Assembly (NCBI GenBank): GCA_949287245.1
Contig: CASEFL010000003.1
Coordinates: forward strand, 67,404-131,403
DNA from: an uncultured Bacillota bacterium
GTDB taxonomy: Bacteria > Bacillota_I > Bacilli_A > RFN20 > CAG-826
Reading direction: 5' to 3'
Length of the DNA stretch: 64,000 nt
Positions 29,801 to 38,466 of the stretch are shown one piece after another (position 1 is the first letter of the stretch; every line of letters begins with the position of its first letter). The position numbers and the translations under genes were made by a program. The notes below the pieces were generated by a model. That model saw only the letters and a list, made by a program, of their open reading frames with translations, made no database searches and was not told the DNA's origin.

Positions 29801-30177
29801 AGAGCAGGAAGTAAGAAAGGATCGAATAACCCATAGTAAGAATTCGACCCAATATTGTCTGTTCCTAGAAAGGTTTCAAAAGAATATAAAGGAAAACTCC
29901 CTGTCTGGAAAAAGTCATACCACATATCGCGAAAGCCATAGGCCATCGTCACGTATTGAGAACTATAATCCCAGCCATATAAAACACTAAAATTATTTAA
30001 GAATATTGCATAAGCCATCCACAAAATGCCAATGACGAATACAAGAACTCCGTAATAGAAAAGAGAAGAACGGTTAAAAAGAAAAGGACAATGTTCGCGA
30101 AAAAAATCACCGCAATTTTCAATTGAAAATTTCGTTTTTTTATATTCTGAGGCTTGGGATGTAGTTTTTCGAATCAT
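26812..30177 (-). CDS. YfhO-family polytopic membrane glycosyltransferase-like protein with very large extracytoplasmic C-terminal domain (1121 aa)
   Basis: About 14 N-terminal TM helices in a YfhO-like arrangement, a hydrophilic domain of roughly 550 aa, and a single C-terminal TM helix. It is 200-300 aa longer than typical YfhO. Confidence 0.6.
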   Translation of the reverse strand: MIRKTTSQASEYKKTKFSIENCGDFFREHCPFLFNRSSLFYYGVLVFVIGILWMAYAIFLNNFSVLYGWDYSSQYVTMAYGFRDMWYDFFQTGSFPLYSFETFLGTDNIGSNSYYGLFDPFLLPALIFPREWMPQMFVLAALLKGVASAFAMRAFLIYLGVSDKSSRLGGVVFAFSGYLNFMVGFPSYLSMAFTLPLMLLGIEKVLKERKIITLVFAITLLGMISFFFLVVFLIFAALYTLWRFIETRNTRSWKQQFSAIGAGVFAVIIGLCCCSWVLLPSIRETSLSGRTNSIGGAYLEAITNAFKNQSATDLLALIFMPVGGNAGRAVQGLIGFFYPTCGYLWLPVAKLGTAYTYDSWTASLFCYTPITILFFMNLLHRLKEGKWASFAAFSCGVFLLLTNFSYYFFYAFAGDGYGRWYIVLVPLIILAATRELDVLKRERKSILIGGSLLTLLGTICSYVLVYFVLAERQIPLWIPDGYAGTIYEVPGSVSLKGYTVSLSWIVYYQIALVLIEGSLIVVLHHRKDLWKILLCFVVVEITISGNCSFFYGSMLSEKNWLGGENYYTNSLSLFEEAYKDKEEDYYRAYSDANTDRNTNFAYGYNGTSHFHSLFNYDVASFARYSYITNNEGGHEAFGQDIITKSWSAYYANKRIGFDLAVGTRYYLIQNEGYTYGYDDFAPNVPFGSKLIGENETFRLYESPYALESSLGHKVEYIYEEGLQEGTRNYSNFFTNTASSRIASEVLRNEQVYLDGAIVKDDEVEEVLSLLQQEGDNRTLSEAPIASYSSAYLTSLANNITWRNIETRHDKQIEYGYFAVNEDLGINWDPGYFLTYLENNEASSPDSLNPVVSDKTFLSSSILVSDFGKAVAAPKNSSGYFNEDEEGAYFVLDMQLPQNSVAPRVYFIGDFDGNENGIIDEEEHNQVLCYDYKMLENWSYHSVRSGGDIFGFYVPGRCRYIVFCYKGTGTMTFQTPTIYMQERSSFEQNIDSVRGENALQNVKFHTDHFDFDTSYDRPELVVTTLGYDAGWSIQGEKEGEIYQPKIYCINGGLVGFVLPSGDWHWNLNYRTPTLNVSVALGMVGIASLGLYQLGAFLYQYKVSKKEVLEEDLKNPCKSQREN

Positions 30178-30214
30178 TCCAATGCCTCCTTTTTACCCTA
30201 ATGGTGAGAATATA

Positions 30215-31216
30215 TTACCGCTTTCTTCTCTTATAGGAAAATGAACTTCGCGAAAAATGTATAGAAGTTGGCTCTTTTTTCTCAGCCTTTGCTTCTCCAT
30301 AAATTAGATCTTTAAAAACTTTGGGCATCGGAGCCTTAATTTGATAATCCTTTTTTGTGAGAGGATGAATAAAATCTAATTCATAGGCATGTAAACCCAT
30401 TCTGCCTATCGGATTAGAAGGCTCCCCATACTTATCATCCCCAATAACAAAATGACCAATATGACCTAATTGGACTCGGATTTGGTTTTTTCTCCCAGTA
30501 AATATATTTACATCTAGTAAAGCGTACTTTCCTCTTTCAGCAATCTTTTTAAATTTTGTAATTGCTAATTTCCCGATATCTTTTCTTGTTGTGACATAAA
30601 TTTTTTGTGTCTTATCTTGAGCAAGATAGTTTTCTAACGTTCCTTCCTTTTGAATATCGGCTGGTTCCACAATTGCAAAATATCGGCGCGCCTTAACAAC
30701 TTTCGACCAATTTTTTTGTAAGGCTAAACGAGTTTGAATGTTTTTTGCAAAGACAAGTACTCCTGAAGTATCTTCATCTAATCGGTGAACAACAAAGATT
30801 CTCGCCCCTTTATGTTTTGAGGAAATATACTCTGAAACAAGTCGATAAGCGGTTCGTCCCTTTTCTTTATCGGAAGCTACAGAAAGTAGGCCTGAGGGCT
30901 TATCAATCGCGATTAAATCATCATCTTCATAAAGAATAGGAATTGGTCGCGGCATATGATTACGAATTGGTTTCCATGCCAAAGTTACTTCATCTTCATC
31001 ATATAAAGGGAAACGAAAAATATCTGTAGGCACTCCTCCCACCGCAACTTGGTGATTCATGATGATACGTTTTACATTTTTCTCTGATTGTTGGGGAAGA
31101 ATCTGTTTAAGAAATTCTAGAAGCGTTGTTTCATGGTGAACAACATATGTCTTTGTATACTCTGGATTAACTAATCCTTTTTTGCTACGGTTTCTTTTTG
31201 GATCGTTTTTATTCAT
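30215..31216 (-). CDS. RluA-family 23S rRNA pseudouridine synthase (RluC/RluD-like, S4 domain)
   Basis: N-terminal S4-like domain and catalytic HRLD motif (VVHRLDEDTSGVLVFAKN). Confidence 0.8.
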   Translation of the reverse strand: MNKNDPKRNRSKKGLVNPEYTKTYVVHHETTLLEFLKQILPQQSEKNVKRIIMNHQVAVGGVPTDIFRFPLYDEDEVTLAWKPIRNHMPRPIPILYEDDDLIAIDKPSGLLSVASDKEKGRTAYRLVSEYISSKHKGARIFVVHRLDEDTSGVLVFAKNIQTRLALQKNWSKVVKARRYFAIVEPADIQKEGTLENYLAQDKTQKIYVTTRKDIGKLAITKFKKIAERGKYALLDVNIFTGRKNQIRVQLGHIGHFVIGDDKYGEPSNPIGRMGLHAYELDFIHPLTKKDYQIKAPMPKVFKDLIYGEAKAEKKEPTSIHFSRSSFSYKRRKR

Positions 31217-31242
31217 ATCATCTTTGCCCTACAAAATAAGTT

Positions 31243-32097
31243 TTATCTTTCTAAGAACTCTTTTAAGGAGTTCATCTGTTTTTGCATGTCAATTTTACCT
31301 AATTGAACTAGATTTGCTAATTTTTTACGATTTCGTTCAGCAACAGAAACATGCGGAGCAATCGAGGGATATAAACAAAAGACACGATTTTTATCCATAG
31401 ACTCTAGTTCATCCATCTTTTTGTTATATAAGGAGGAACTATTAACATAAAGATCATCCACCATTGGATATGCGTTATACATTTTCTTACAAAGAGCAAT
31501 CGCACTCTTTCTTGGCCTTTTCTTTCGATATCCTTGTTCTCGCGTTAAAACACAAACAATTTTTGTAGCACCTAAAGAAAGTGCTTCCTGATATGGGATA
31601 GAAGAAAGTAGTCCTCCGTCAAGATAAAAATCATTTCTTGCTTCAATAGGTTTTGAAAATAAAGGTAAGGCACAAGAGGCAGCTAATCCAGCCCAAAAAT
31701 CATTGCTTTCTTTTGAAAAAAGAACAGTTTTTCCTTTTGTTATAGAGGTTGCTACTGCATAAAACCTTGCATGATTTTCGCGAAACATTTTTTGATTAAA
31801 AGGGAGCCCGCACTTTGGCAAAACATAAAAAAGATAGTGAAAATCGTATAAAGAACCTTTGGTTAATAAATTAAGAGGAGAAAGTAGTTTTCGATCACGA
31901 ATCTTTTCTTTTAAAAGCAAGGCACTTCGTCCTTTATCTTGAGAAATATAATTAACACCAAGTAAAGCACCAGCAGAAGTACCAATTACTAGGGGAAAAT
32001 ATATTTTTTCTTCAAGAAGAACGTCTAAAACCCCTGCAGAATAAGCCGCTCTTGTTCCTCCTCCTTGAAGAACTAATGCAACATCATTAATTACCAA
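31243..32097 (-). CDS. patatin-like phospholipase
   Basis: Oxyanion hole GGGTRAAYSAGV, GxSxG nucleophile (GTSAGA) and DGG motif (YLDGGL). Confidence 0.75.
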   Translation of the reverse strand: MVINDVALVLQGGGTRAAYSAGVLDVLLEEKIYFPLVIGTSAGALLGVNYISQDKGRSALLLKEKIRDRKLLSPLNLLTKGSLYDFHYLFYVLPKCGLPFNQKMFRENHARFYAVATSITKGKTVLFSKESNDFWAGLAASCALPLFSKPIEARNDFYLDGGLLSSIPYQEALSLGATKIVCVLTREQGYRKKRPRKSAIALCKKMYNAYPMVDDLYVNSSSLYNKKMDELESMDKNRVFCLYPSIAPHVSVAERNRKKLANLVQLGKIDMQKQMNSLKEFLER

Positions 32098-33968
32098 GAA
32101 ACTTCTCCCTTTCGAATGGCTTCTGCGTATATGTCGCGTTGTCTATTCATAGAGTCACGTTCAATTTCCTTTAAATAGGAAGCATATTCTGATTTTTCAG
32201 ACAAATAGGAAAGCATAATAATCCAATAGGTATTCCCATCCTTAACTCCATAAATATTAATATTCGATGTGTTAACACAATAACTATCAGATAAAAAACG
32301 TTTTAAAGCAGCACCCGATACTTCACAAAGAACATTGTCATTATCAAAAGGCAATGCTTGATATAAAGCTCCATAAGTTAAAGTACCAGAAGGCAAATCC
32401 GTTCGTGAACAACCACTATTCACAAAGGCTGCAGATATTTCATAGGTTCCTTTGTACTTCTTTTGATAAAAAGAAAGCATTGCCTGAACACTTTCATTTG
32501 CAATTTGTCCTCTAGATAAACCTGGACAATTTGTCGCGAGAACCTCGTTTTTAATCGGATCAATAATAGAAGAATAATCTTCTATAAGAGAGTCAATGAC
32601 AGGATCGCTTGATAAATAACATAATTCATATCCATCACGCATTTCACCACTTTCGTAAACAAGCGTGTCACCATCCTGCACAAAAGTTAAAGAGTTCAAT
32701 CCATTCCCATTACTCCAACCTTGCGAATGAGGAATTCCATAATCATCAATGTACATATAACCTTGGTGCGTATGACCTTCAAAAATAAGATCAACATACT
32801 CGGAATATTCCTCATCAACATAAAAATCTCCATTATGCACAACTAGCATAACCAAATCGCATTGCTCTTCTTCTTTTAACCTCTTTGCTTCTTCCTGAGA
32901 TAAATCTTCGTAAGTATCAAGGAGTTGATATCCCCCTAAAGAAGAAACGGCAATGCTGTCCTCTAAATCACCAATGGCACCAACAACACCAATTCTCCAG
33001 CCACCTCTTTGAATGATTCGTGAAGAAGAAGCCCAAAAAGGAGAATATCCTTGCGAATCACGTATATTTATTCCTAAAAATGGGAAATTGGCGCGTTCTA
33101 AATTGTCTTCAATGACTGAACTTGTCCAATCGAATTCATGGTTGCCAATGCTCATACTATCAAAACCGACCAAATTCATCCAATCAACCATTAAAGCGCC
33201 ATGTGTCAGATTAGAATCAGCACTTCCTTGCCACATATCTCCTGCAGAAACAATAACAACTTCATCAGGGTTAACTAAAGCACTATTTCTTAAGGAAGAA
33301 CTTAAACGCGATATTCCAGGTTGAGGGTCATTTGGTTGATAACTTACCGCACCATGTGTGTCATTAAGACTATAAAAAGTCATCGAATCTACCTTTTCTG
33401 GTAAAATGTAGTCTCTTACTTCTAATGAAAAATTGAGACTGATTAATTCTATTTCCCCGACAGGAATCGACAAAGACACAAATGGCGTAGGGGTTAAAGA
33501 AACATCCTTTGTATCGTAATAATTAGCTCCTATAACTGAATCAACAATTGAGTATTCAGAGGATTTTATTGCTAAATAACTTCCTTCAGTTAATGTGCCT
33601 TCCCAAGAAACGTTCGTAAAAGAATTAATAGGAGTTTGATTTGTGATATAGCCACCATGTTCTAAAATTAGGCTTCCTTCTTCACTTAATTTTCCATTAC
33701 TTACACGAAAATAAACTTCCTCACCATTTGAAGAAAAATATGTAAAGCCAACAATAGCTTCTCCCTCTTTTTCAAAATCAACTGTAGAAAAATCAAACCT
33801 TAAGCTAGTCTCCTCTAAGGTTACAAGCTCTTCGTCTTCAATTTCATAAATTGAACTTGATGAATAAACAGGAGGAGAATAGCTTTCCACACTGGAAGTA
33901 ATGGAAAATTCACATCCACTAAGGACAAAAATTCCTAATATGAGAGAAAATAATGATATCTTTTTCAT
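32091..33968 (-). CDS. 5'-nucleotidase/metallophosphoesterase-family surface lipoprotein
   Basis: Lipobox VLSG|C, calcineurin-like motifs GDMWQG and GNHEFD, and a 5'-nucleotidase C-terminal-like domain. Confidence 0.7.
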   Translation of the reverse strand: MKKISLFSLILGIFVLSGCEFSITSSVESYSPPVYSSSSIYEIEDEELVTLEETSLRFDFSTVDFEKEGEAIVGFTYFSSNGEEVYFRVSNGKLSEEGSLILEHGGYITNQTPINSFTNVSWEGTLTEGSYLAIKSSEYSIVDSVIGANYYDTKDVSLTPTPFVSLSIPVGEIELISLNFSLEVRDYILPEKVDSMTFYSLNDTHGAVSYQPNDPQPGISRLSSSLRNSALVNPDEVVIVSAGDMWQGSADSNLTHGALMVDWMNLVGFDSMSIGNHEFDWTSSVIEDNLERANFPFLGINIRDSQGYSPFWASSSRIIQRGGWRIGVVGAIGDLEDSIAVSSLGGYQLLDTYEDLSQEEAKRLKEEEQCDLVMLVVHNGDFYVDEEYSEYVDLIFEGHTHQGYMYIDDYGIPHSQGWSNGNGLNSLTFVQDGDTLVYESGEMRDGYELCYLSSDPVIDSLIEDYSSIIDPIKNEVLATNCPGLSRGQIANESVQAMLSFYQKKYKGTYEISAAFVNSGCSRTDLPSGTLTYGALYQALPFDNDNVLCEVSGAALKRFLSDSYCVNTSNINIYGVKDGNTYWIIMLSYLSEKSEYASYLKEIERDSMNRQRDIYAEAIRKGEVSW

Positions 33969-34122
33969 AACTACATTATTGCGAGAAAAAGATAGAAAAT
34001 AAATATATAAAATAGATTTATCCTATGAAAAATGGCAACAAGAAATCATTCTTACTTTATGTCCCAGCAATAATTATGGGTATTCTTTCGATTACGATTC
34101 TTATCTTAATTATTGTTTTTGC

Positions 34123-34989
34123 TTAATCTTCATCAGAATTTTTTAATAAAGATGAATACAAATCAATTCTTCTATCGCGGAAAACTCCCCAATCACGGCG
34201 TTTCTCCGCTAAATCATCAAGATCAAAATCATAAAATAAAACAGTTTCCTCTTCGCGATTAGCCTCTTTTAAAATATTCCCATTATTATCGGCAATAAAA
34301 CTAGACCCAAAGAATGTCATAGTGCTATCTTTTGCTTTTTCTACTCCAACTCTATTTGCGGCTAAAACCGGCATCATATTGGCAGCGGCATGTCCACACA
34401 TCACATTTTGCCAGTGCTTCTTTGAATCAACAGGTAAAACTGGTTCCGAACCAATTGCCGTAGGAAAAAGTAAAATTTCCGCACCTTTGATGGCTAAAAT
34501 TCTAGCTGTCTCAGGGAACCATTGATCCCAACAAATCGCTGCACCAATTTTCCCAATTGATGTAGTGGCAACCTTAAAACCAGTGTCTCCTGGCGTAAAG
34601 TAAAACTTTTCTTCATAACATTCACCAGTAGGAATATGGGATTTTCGATAAAGAGATTTTTGAGAACCATCTTTATCGAAGATAACTAAAGAATTGAAAT
34701 AACAATTTCCGCTTTTTTCAAAAAATGATATGGGTAAAATAAGACCTAATTCTTTGGCTTTTTCCGAAAAATGACGTAAGGTTTGCGAAGATTTTGCTTC
34801 TTCTGCCCGTTTAAAGTGTTCATAATCTTCAACTTGGCAAAAATAATGGCCTTCAAATAATTCTGGTAATAACAAAAGGTCCGCCTTTAAGCGACTTGCT
34901 GCGTGACAAAACACGTCAGCTTTTCGAATTGCTTCTTCATAATTATCAGGCATTGAGTATTGGGCCAAAGCAAGACGTACATTTCGCAT
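34123..34989 (-). CDS. aguB: N-carbamoylputrescine amidohydrolase (CN-hydrolase family)
   Basis: Nitrilase-superfamily E-K-C triad context (LLLLPELFEGHYFCQ; GAAICWDQWFPE). The ATG lies 1 nt after the stop of the upstream fusion gene. Confidence 0.75.
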   Translation of the reverse strand: MRNVRLALAQYSMPDNYEEAIRKADVFCHAASRLKADLLLLPELFEGHYFCQVEDYEHFKRAEEAKSSQTLRHFSEKAKELGLILPISFFEKSGNCYFNSLVIFDKDGSQKSLYRKSHIPTGECYEEKFYFTPGDTGFKVATTSIGKIGAAICWDQWFPETARILAIKGAEILLFPTAIGSEPVLPVDSKKHWQNVMCGHAAANMMPVLAANRVGVEKAKDSTMTFFGSSFIADNNGNILKEANREEETVLFYDFDLDDLAEKRRDWGVFRDRRIDLYSSLLKNSDED

Positions 34990-34990
34990 A

Positions 34991-37609
34991 TTATTTTTCT
35001 CCCTTCCTTAATGGCATCTGCATTGTAATACAGTGAATGTTTCCTCCTCCTAAAAGTATCTCACGAGAATAGATTTGATGAATCTTTTTCTTGGGAAATA
35101 AGGAGGAAATTTTTTCATAGGCAAGTTCATCTTCTTTTACGTGGAATGCGGGCAAAATCACAAAATCTTTTCCTTGATAAAAATTAACATAACTTGCTGC
35201 TAATCTCCGGCCGGCTAAACGTTTATCCATAGTAGTTCTTGTTGCACTTACTCCTCTAGCCTCTTCTTCTTTGATGGTTAAAGGTGGGGTAGGAACAAGT
35301 ATTTTGTGAATTTCAAAAGAACGCCCTTTCGCATCCTTTTGTTCTTTTAAAGCCTCATAGGTCATTCGGCAAAATTCATATTGAGGATCATTTTTTTCTT
35401 CCGTCCAAGCCATAAGCAAAACACCAGGTTTTACAAAAGCCACCATATTATCAATATGTTCATCGGTTTCGTCTTCATAAATCCCATGTGGCACCCAAAC
35501 TATTTTTTCTACTCCAAGATACTCTTTTAAAATTTCTTCAATTTCCACTCTACGCAAAGAGGGATTACGACCTTTTGATAAAAGACATGCTTCTGTACAA
35601 ATTAAGGTTCCTTCCCCATCAACCGCAATTGAACCGCCTTCTAAAACAAACGTTGGATGATAATAGGAAAGCATTTTTAATCTTCTAGAAATCAGATAGG
35701 AAATTCGGTCATCGTCACGATAATTCGTGTAAAGACCATCATAAGCACCACCCCATGCATTAAAACGAAAATCAACGGAACGTACTTGCTTTCCATTTGT
35801 CACAAATAATGGAAAAGAATCTCGTGCCCAAGCATCGTTATATCGAATTGATATCGTAGTAATATTAGGCTCCCCTTCAAACATTGGCGAAACTTTCTTA
35901 TATAAGGAGGGGTGAATACCAACAACAACTTTTTCATGCTCCGCGATAGCTTTTGCTACTTCTAGATAATTTTCTCTTGCTGGCTCCCCTTTTTCTCTCC
36001 ATGTATCTGCGCGAAAGGGCATTAAAAGGAAAGTACATTCGTGCTCATCTCCTTCAAAAGGCAAAGAGTAACCATCCGCGTAGGGAACCGTTTTTCGATT
36101 TTCCATATAATCCGTTAATTTCCTCTCCACAAGAGAGTATTTTTTCCACTGCATGCGGTCAACAACTTCAAAGCCTTTTTCATAACTTTTTAATAAAAGA
36201 ACACCATTTTCTTCATAACGTTTTACTTTATGAATTAGCTCTTTCGTCCATACTTCTCCTGGACAAATTAAAGGAATTCCAGGGGGATACATCATGACTT
36301 GTTCTTTACTAATTTCGCCGTTTAGATTCTCTTCGTCTACAACTTTTCCAGGTGCTTGGAAAGCACTTCTTGGACGAATCAACATATAAGGAAAACCAGA
36401 TTCAAAGTAATGAATAGGATATTCTGTGTTTTTTTGGTAATACTGTTTAGAAATCTCTTTTAAAGCACAAATTAGATGATCAATATGCTCTTTTTTTGTA
36501 GCAAAAGTAAGGATTGCTAAAACTGCATAAGTCTCCGATAACTCCATTTGGATGTTATATTTTTCCCGCAATAAACGATAAAGCTCAAAACCATTTAATG
36601 CTAACTTATCCAAACCAATTAAAAGTTTCGTCTCATCATAATCGTATGCACCACGCTCTAAATAACGTTTCTTTGTTTCGGGAAGAAAACCAGGAATTTT
36701 TTCAATTTCCCTTTCAGCATAACGCGCGAAAGAAAGAGTGTTCTCCATTGCTTTTTTTCCTTCTTTAGAAGCCATAAACACTCTTGCCCCATCAATACTC
36801 CCTAAAAGCAAAGAAGAAGGAGAGGTGGTAGTTAAAATATTAAGCGATTTTTGAATTTCTTCCTTATGAAGTATCCCTTCTTTTAACAAAAGAACAGAAG
36901 ACTGTGTCAAAGAACCTCCTGTTTTATGAAGGGACAAACAAGATAAGTCCGCACCAGCGTCCATAGCAGATAAAGGAGAACCTTCGTAATGAAAATAATA
37001 ATGGGCACCATGTGCTTCATCGACAAACACAGCCATATGATGCATATGAGCAAAATCAACCAACTCTTTTAATGGAGCAACCGCACCAAAGTAGGTTGGA
37101 TTAATAACAAAAATTGCTTTTGCCGAGGGATGACTAACGATTGCTTTTTTATAATTTTCTAGAGTCGGTTGATTCGCAATTTCTAAATTATTATCAATCT
37201 CCGGCATCACATAAATAGGAACTGCACCGCTTAAAATCAAAGCATTAATAACGGATTTGTGAACATTTCGCGGAAGAATAACTTTGTCCCCAGCCTTTAA
37301 ACCTGCAAGAAACATTGCCAAAATTCCGCCGGTTGTTCCGTTTACCGAGAAGAAAGCATAGTCCGCATGTGCCATATCAGCAAAAAGTTTTTCTGCTTCT
37401 AGTAAGACCCCATGAGGGTGGGCTAAATTATCAAGCCCATAAGGCGCATTCATATCAGAAGAAAAGACAGAATTCCCAAATAAAGATGAGGCAATGTTAT
37501 TTGCTCCCGAAAGATGATGCCCAGGGACATCAAAGGAAGTTACATTAAAATGAACATATTCCTCCATTGCTTGAAGGAATGGTGCTCTTTTTTGATCATT
37601 ATTTTTCAC
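34991..37609 (-). CDS. bifunctional fusion: PLP-dependent arginine decarboxylase (OKR_DC_1, SpeA-type, aa ~1-495) + agmatine deiminase (AguA/PAD-porph type, aa ~505-872)
   Basis: N-terminal half: FDVPGHH... and the PLP-lysine context SLHKTGGSL of Orn/Lys/Arg decarboxylases. C-terminal half: LLMPFRADTWRE start of agmatine deiminase and the catalytic-Cys motif GGGNIHCITMQ at the C-terminus. One continuous 872-codon ORF starting at GTG. Confidence 0.8.
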   Translation of the reverse strand: MKNNDQKRAPFLQAMEEYVHFNVTSFDVPGHHLSGANNIASSLFGNSVFSSDMNAPYGLDNLAHPHGVLLEAEKLFADMAHADYAFFSVNGTTGGILAMFLAGLKAGDKVILPRNVHKSVINALILSGAVPIYVMPEIDNNLEIANQPTLENYKKAIVSHPSAKAIFVINPTYFGAVAPLKELVDFAHMHHMAVFVDEAHGAHYYFHYEGSPLSAMDAGADLSCLSLHKTGGSLTQSSVLLLKEGILHKEEIQKSLNILTTTSPSSLLLGSIDGARVFMASKEGKKAMENTLSFARYAEREIEKIPGFLPETKKRYLERGAYDYDETKLLIGLDKLALNGFELYRLLREKYNIQMELSETYAVLAILTFATKKEHIDHLICALKEISKQYYQKNTEYPIHYFESGFPYMLIRPRSAFQAPGKVVDEENLNGEISKEQVMMYPPGIPLICPGEVWTKELIHKVKRYEENGVLLLKSYEKGFEVVDRMQWKKYSLVERKLTDYMENRKTVPYADGYSLPFEGDEHECTFLLMPFRADTWREKGEPARENYLEVAKAIAEHEKVVVGIHPSLYKKVSPMFEGEPNITTISIRYNDAWARDSFPLFVTNGKQVRSVDFRFNAWGGAYDGLYTNYRDDDRISYLISRRLKMLSYYHPTFVLEGGSIAVDGEGTLICTEACLLSKGRNPSLRRVEIEEILKEYLGVEKIVWVPHGIYEDETDEHIDNMVAFVKPGVLLMAWTEEKNDPQYEFCRMTYEALKEQKDAKGRSFEIHKILVPTPPLTIKEEEARGVSATRTTMDKRLAGRRLAASYVNFYQGKDFVILPAFHVKEDELAYEKISSLFPKKKIHQIYSREILLGGGNIHCITMQMPLRKGEK

Positions 37610-37635
37610 GGCTAAAAATTCTAATCATTTCTTCT

Positions 37636-38466
37636 TTATTTAGGGAGAGGGATTAACGATAAATAGAATAAACCTTCCTCAATTCCATCTTCCCAACAAG
37701 GAGGACAAATATGTTGAGCAATCTTTTTTACCTCTTCTTTTGCATTGTCCATAGCAACAAAAGTCCCTACATGCTGAGCCAAGGAAATGTCTTGAATATC
37801 ATCTCCAAATCCAACCGCTTCTTCTTTTTTAATCCCATAATGGTTCAACACTTTTTCTAAAGTTGGTCCTTTATCATGAGGTGCACTAACCACATCGGAA
37901 CCAACATCACAGTATCGATAAAACAAAAGATTAGGATTTTCTTTTTTCATTTCTTCATCCGTATCTTTTTCGCTAAATAAATTAAATAAACAAACTTCTT
38001 CTCCTTGGTATTTTTTAACATCGGGAATCACTTCGCGATAAATCGAATAGTAACGCTTGGCAATATCATTAATTTCCCCCTGACGAATTCTTGTTAAAGG
38101 CTCGACAATTTCACACGTTAATGATCTTTTTTGACAAGAAGCAATGAATTGGCGCGCAGTCTGTTCATCAATAGTGTCCTTATGAATATAGGTTCCTCCA
38201 CCATAAGCTAAAGACCCAGCAGAAGCCACATATCCTTCCCAATATATTCCTAAATCCAAAACCCCCAAACGACGGAAAGAATCGTATGGTCTTGCGGTAC
38301 ATAAAAACAGTTTTATCTCTGGATGAAGTTCTTGACATTTTTTTATCGCGCGAATCGACCCCGGGGCAAATCGTAAATTTTTGTGGTCATAAATTGTCCA
38401 ATCGATGTCAAAAAATATTGCTTTAATATCCATTCTCATCTCCTTGCTGTCGAACAAATTGTTCAT
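37636..38466 (-). CDS. HAD-IIB (Cof-type) sugar-phosphate phosphatase
   Basis: IKAIFFDIDWTIY motif I and C-terminal GDDIQD. Confidence 0.7.
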   Translation of the reverse strand: MNNLFDSKEMRMDIKAIFFDIDWTIYDHKNLRFAPGSIRAIKKCQELHPEIKLFLCTARPYDSFRRLGVLDLGIYWEGYVASAGSLAYGGGTYIHKDTIDEQTARQFIASCQKRSLTCEIVEPLTRIRQGEINDIAKRYYSIYREVIPDVKKYQGEEVCLFNLFSEKDTDEEMKKENPNLLFYRYCDVGSDVVSAPHDKGPTLEKVLNHYGIKKEEAVGFGDDIQDISLAQHVGTFVAMDNAKEEVKKIAQHICPPCWEDGIEEGLFYLSLIPLPK

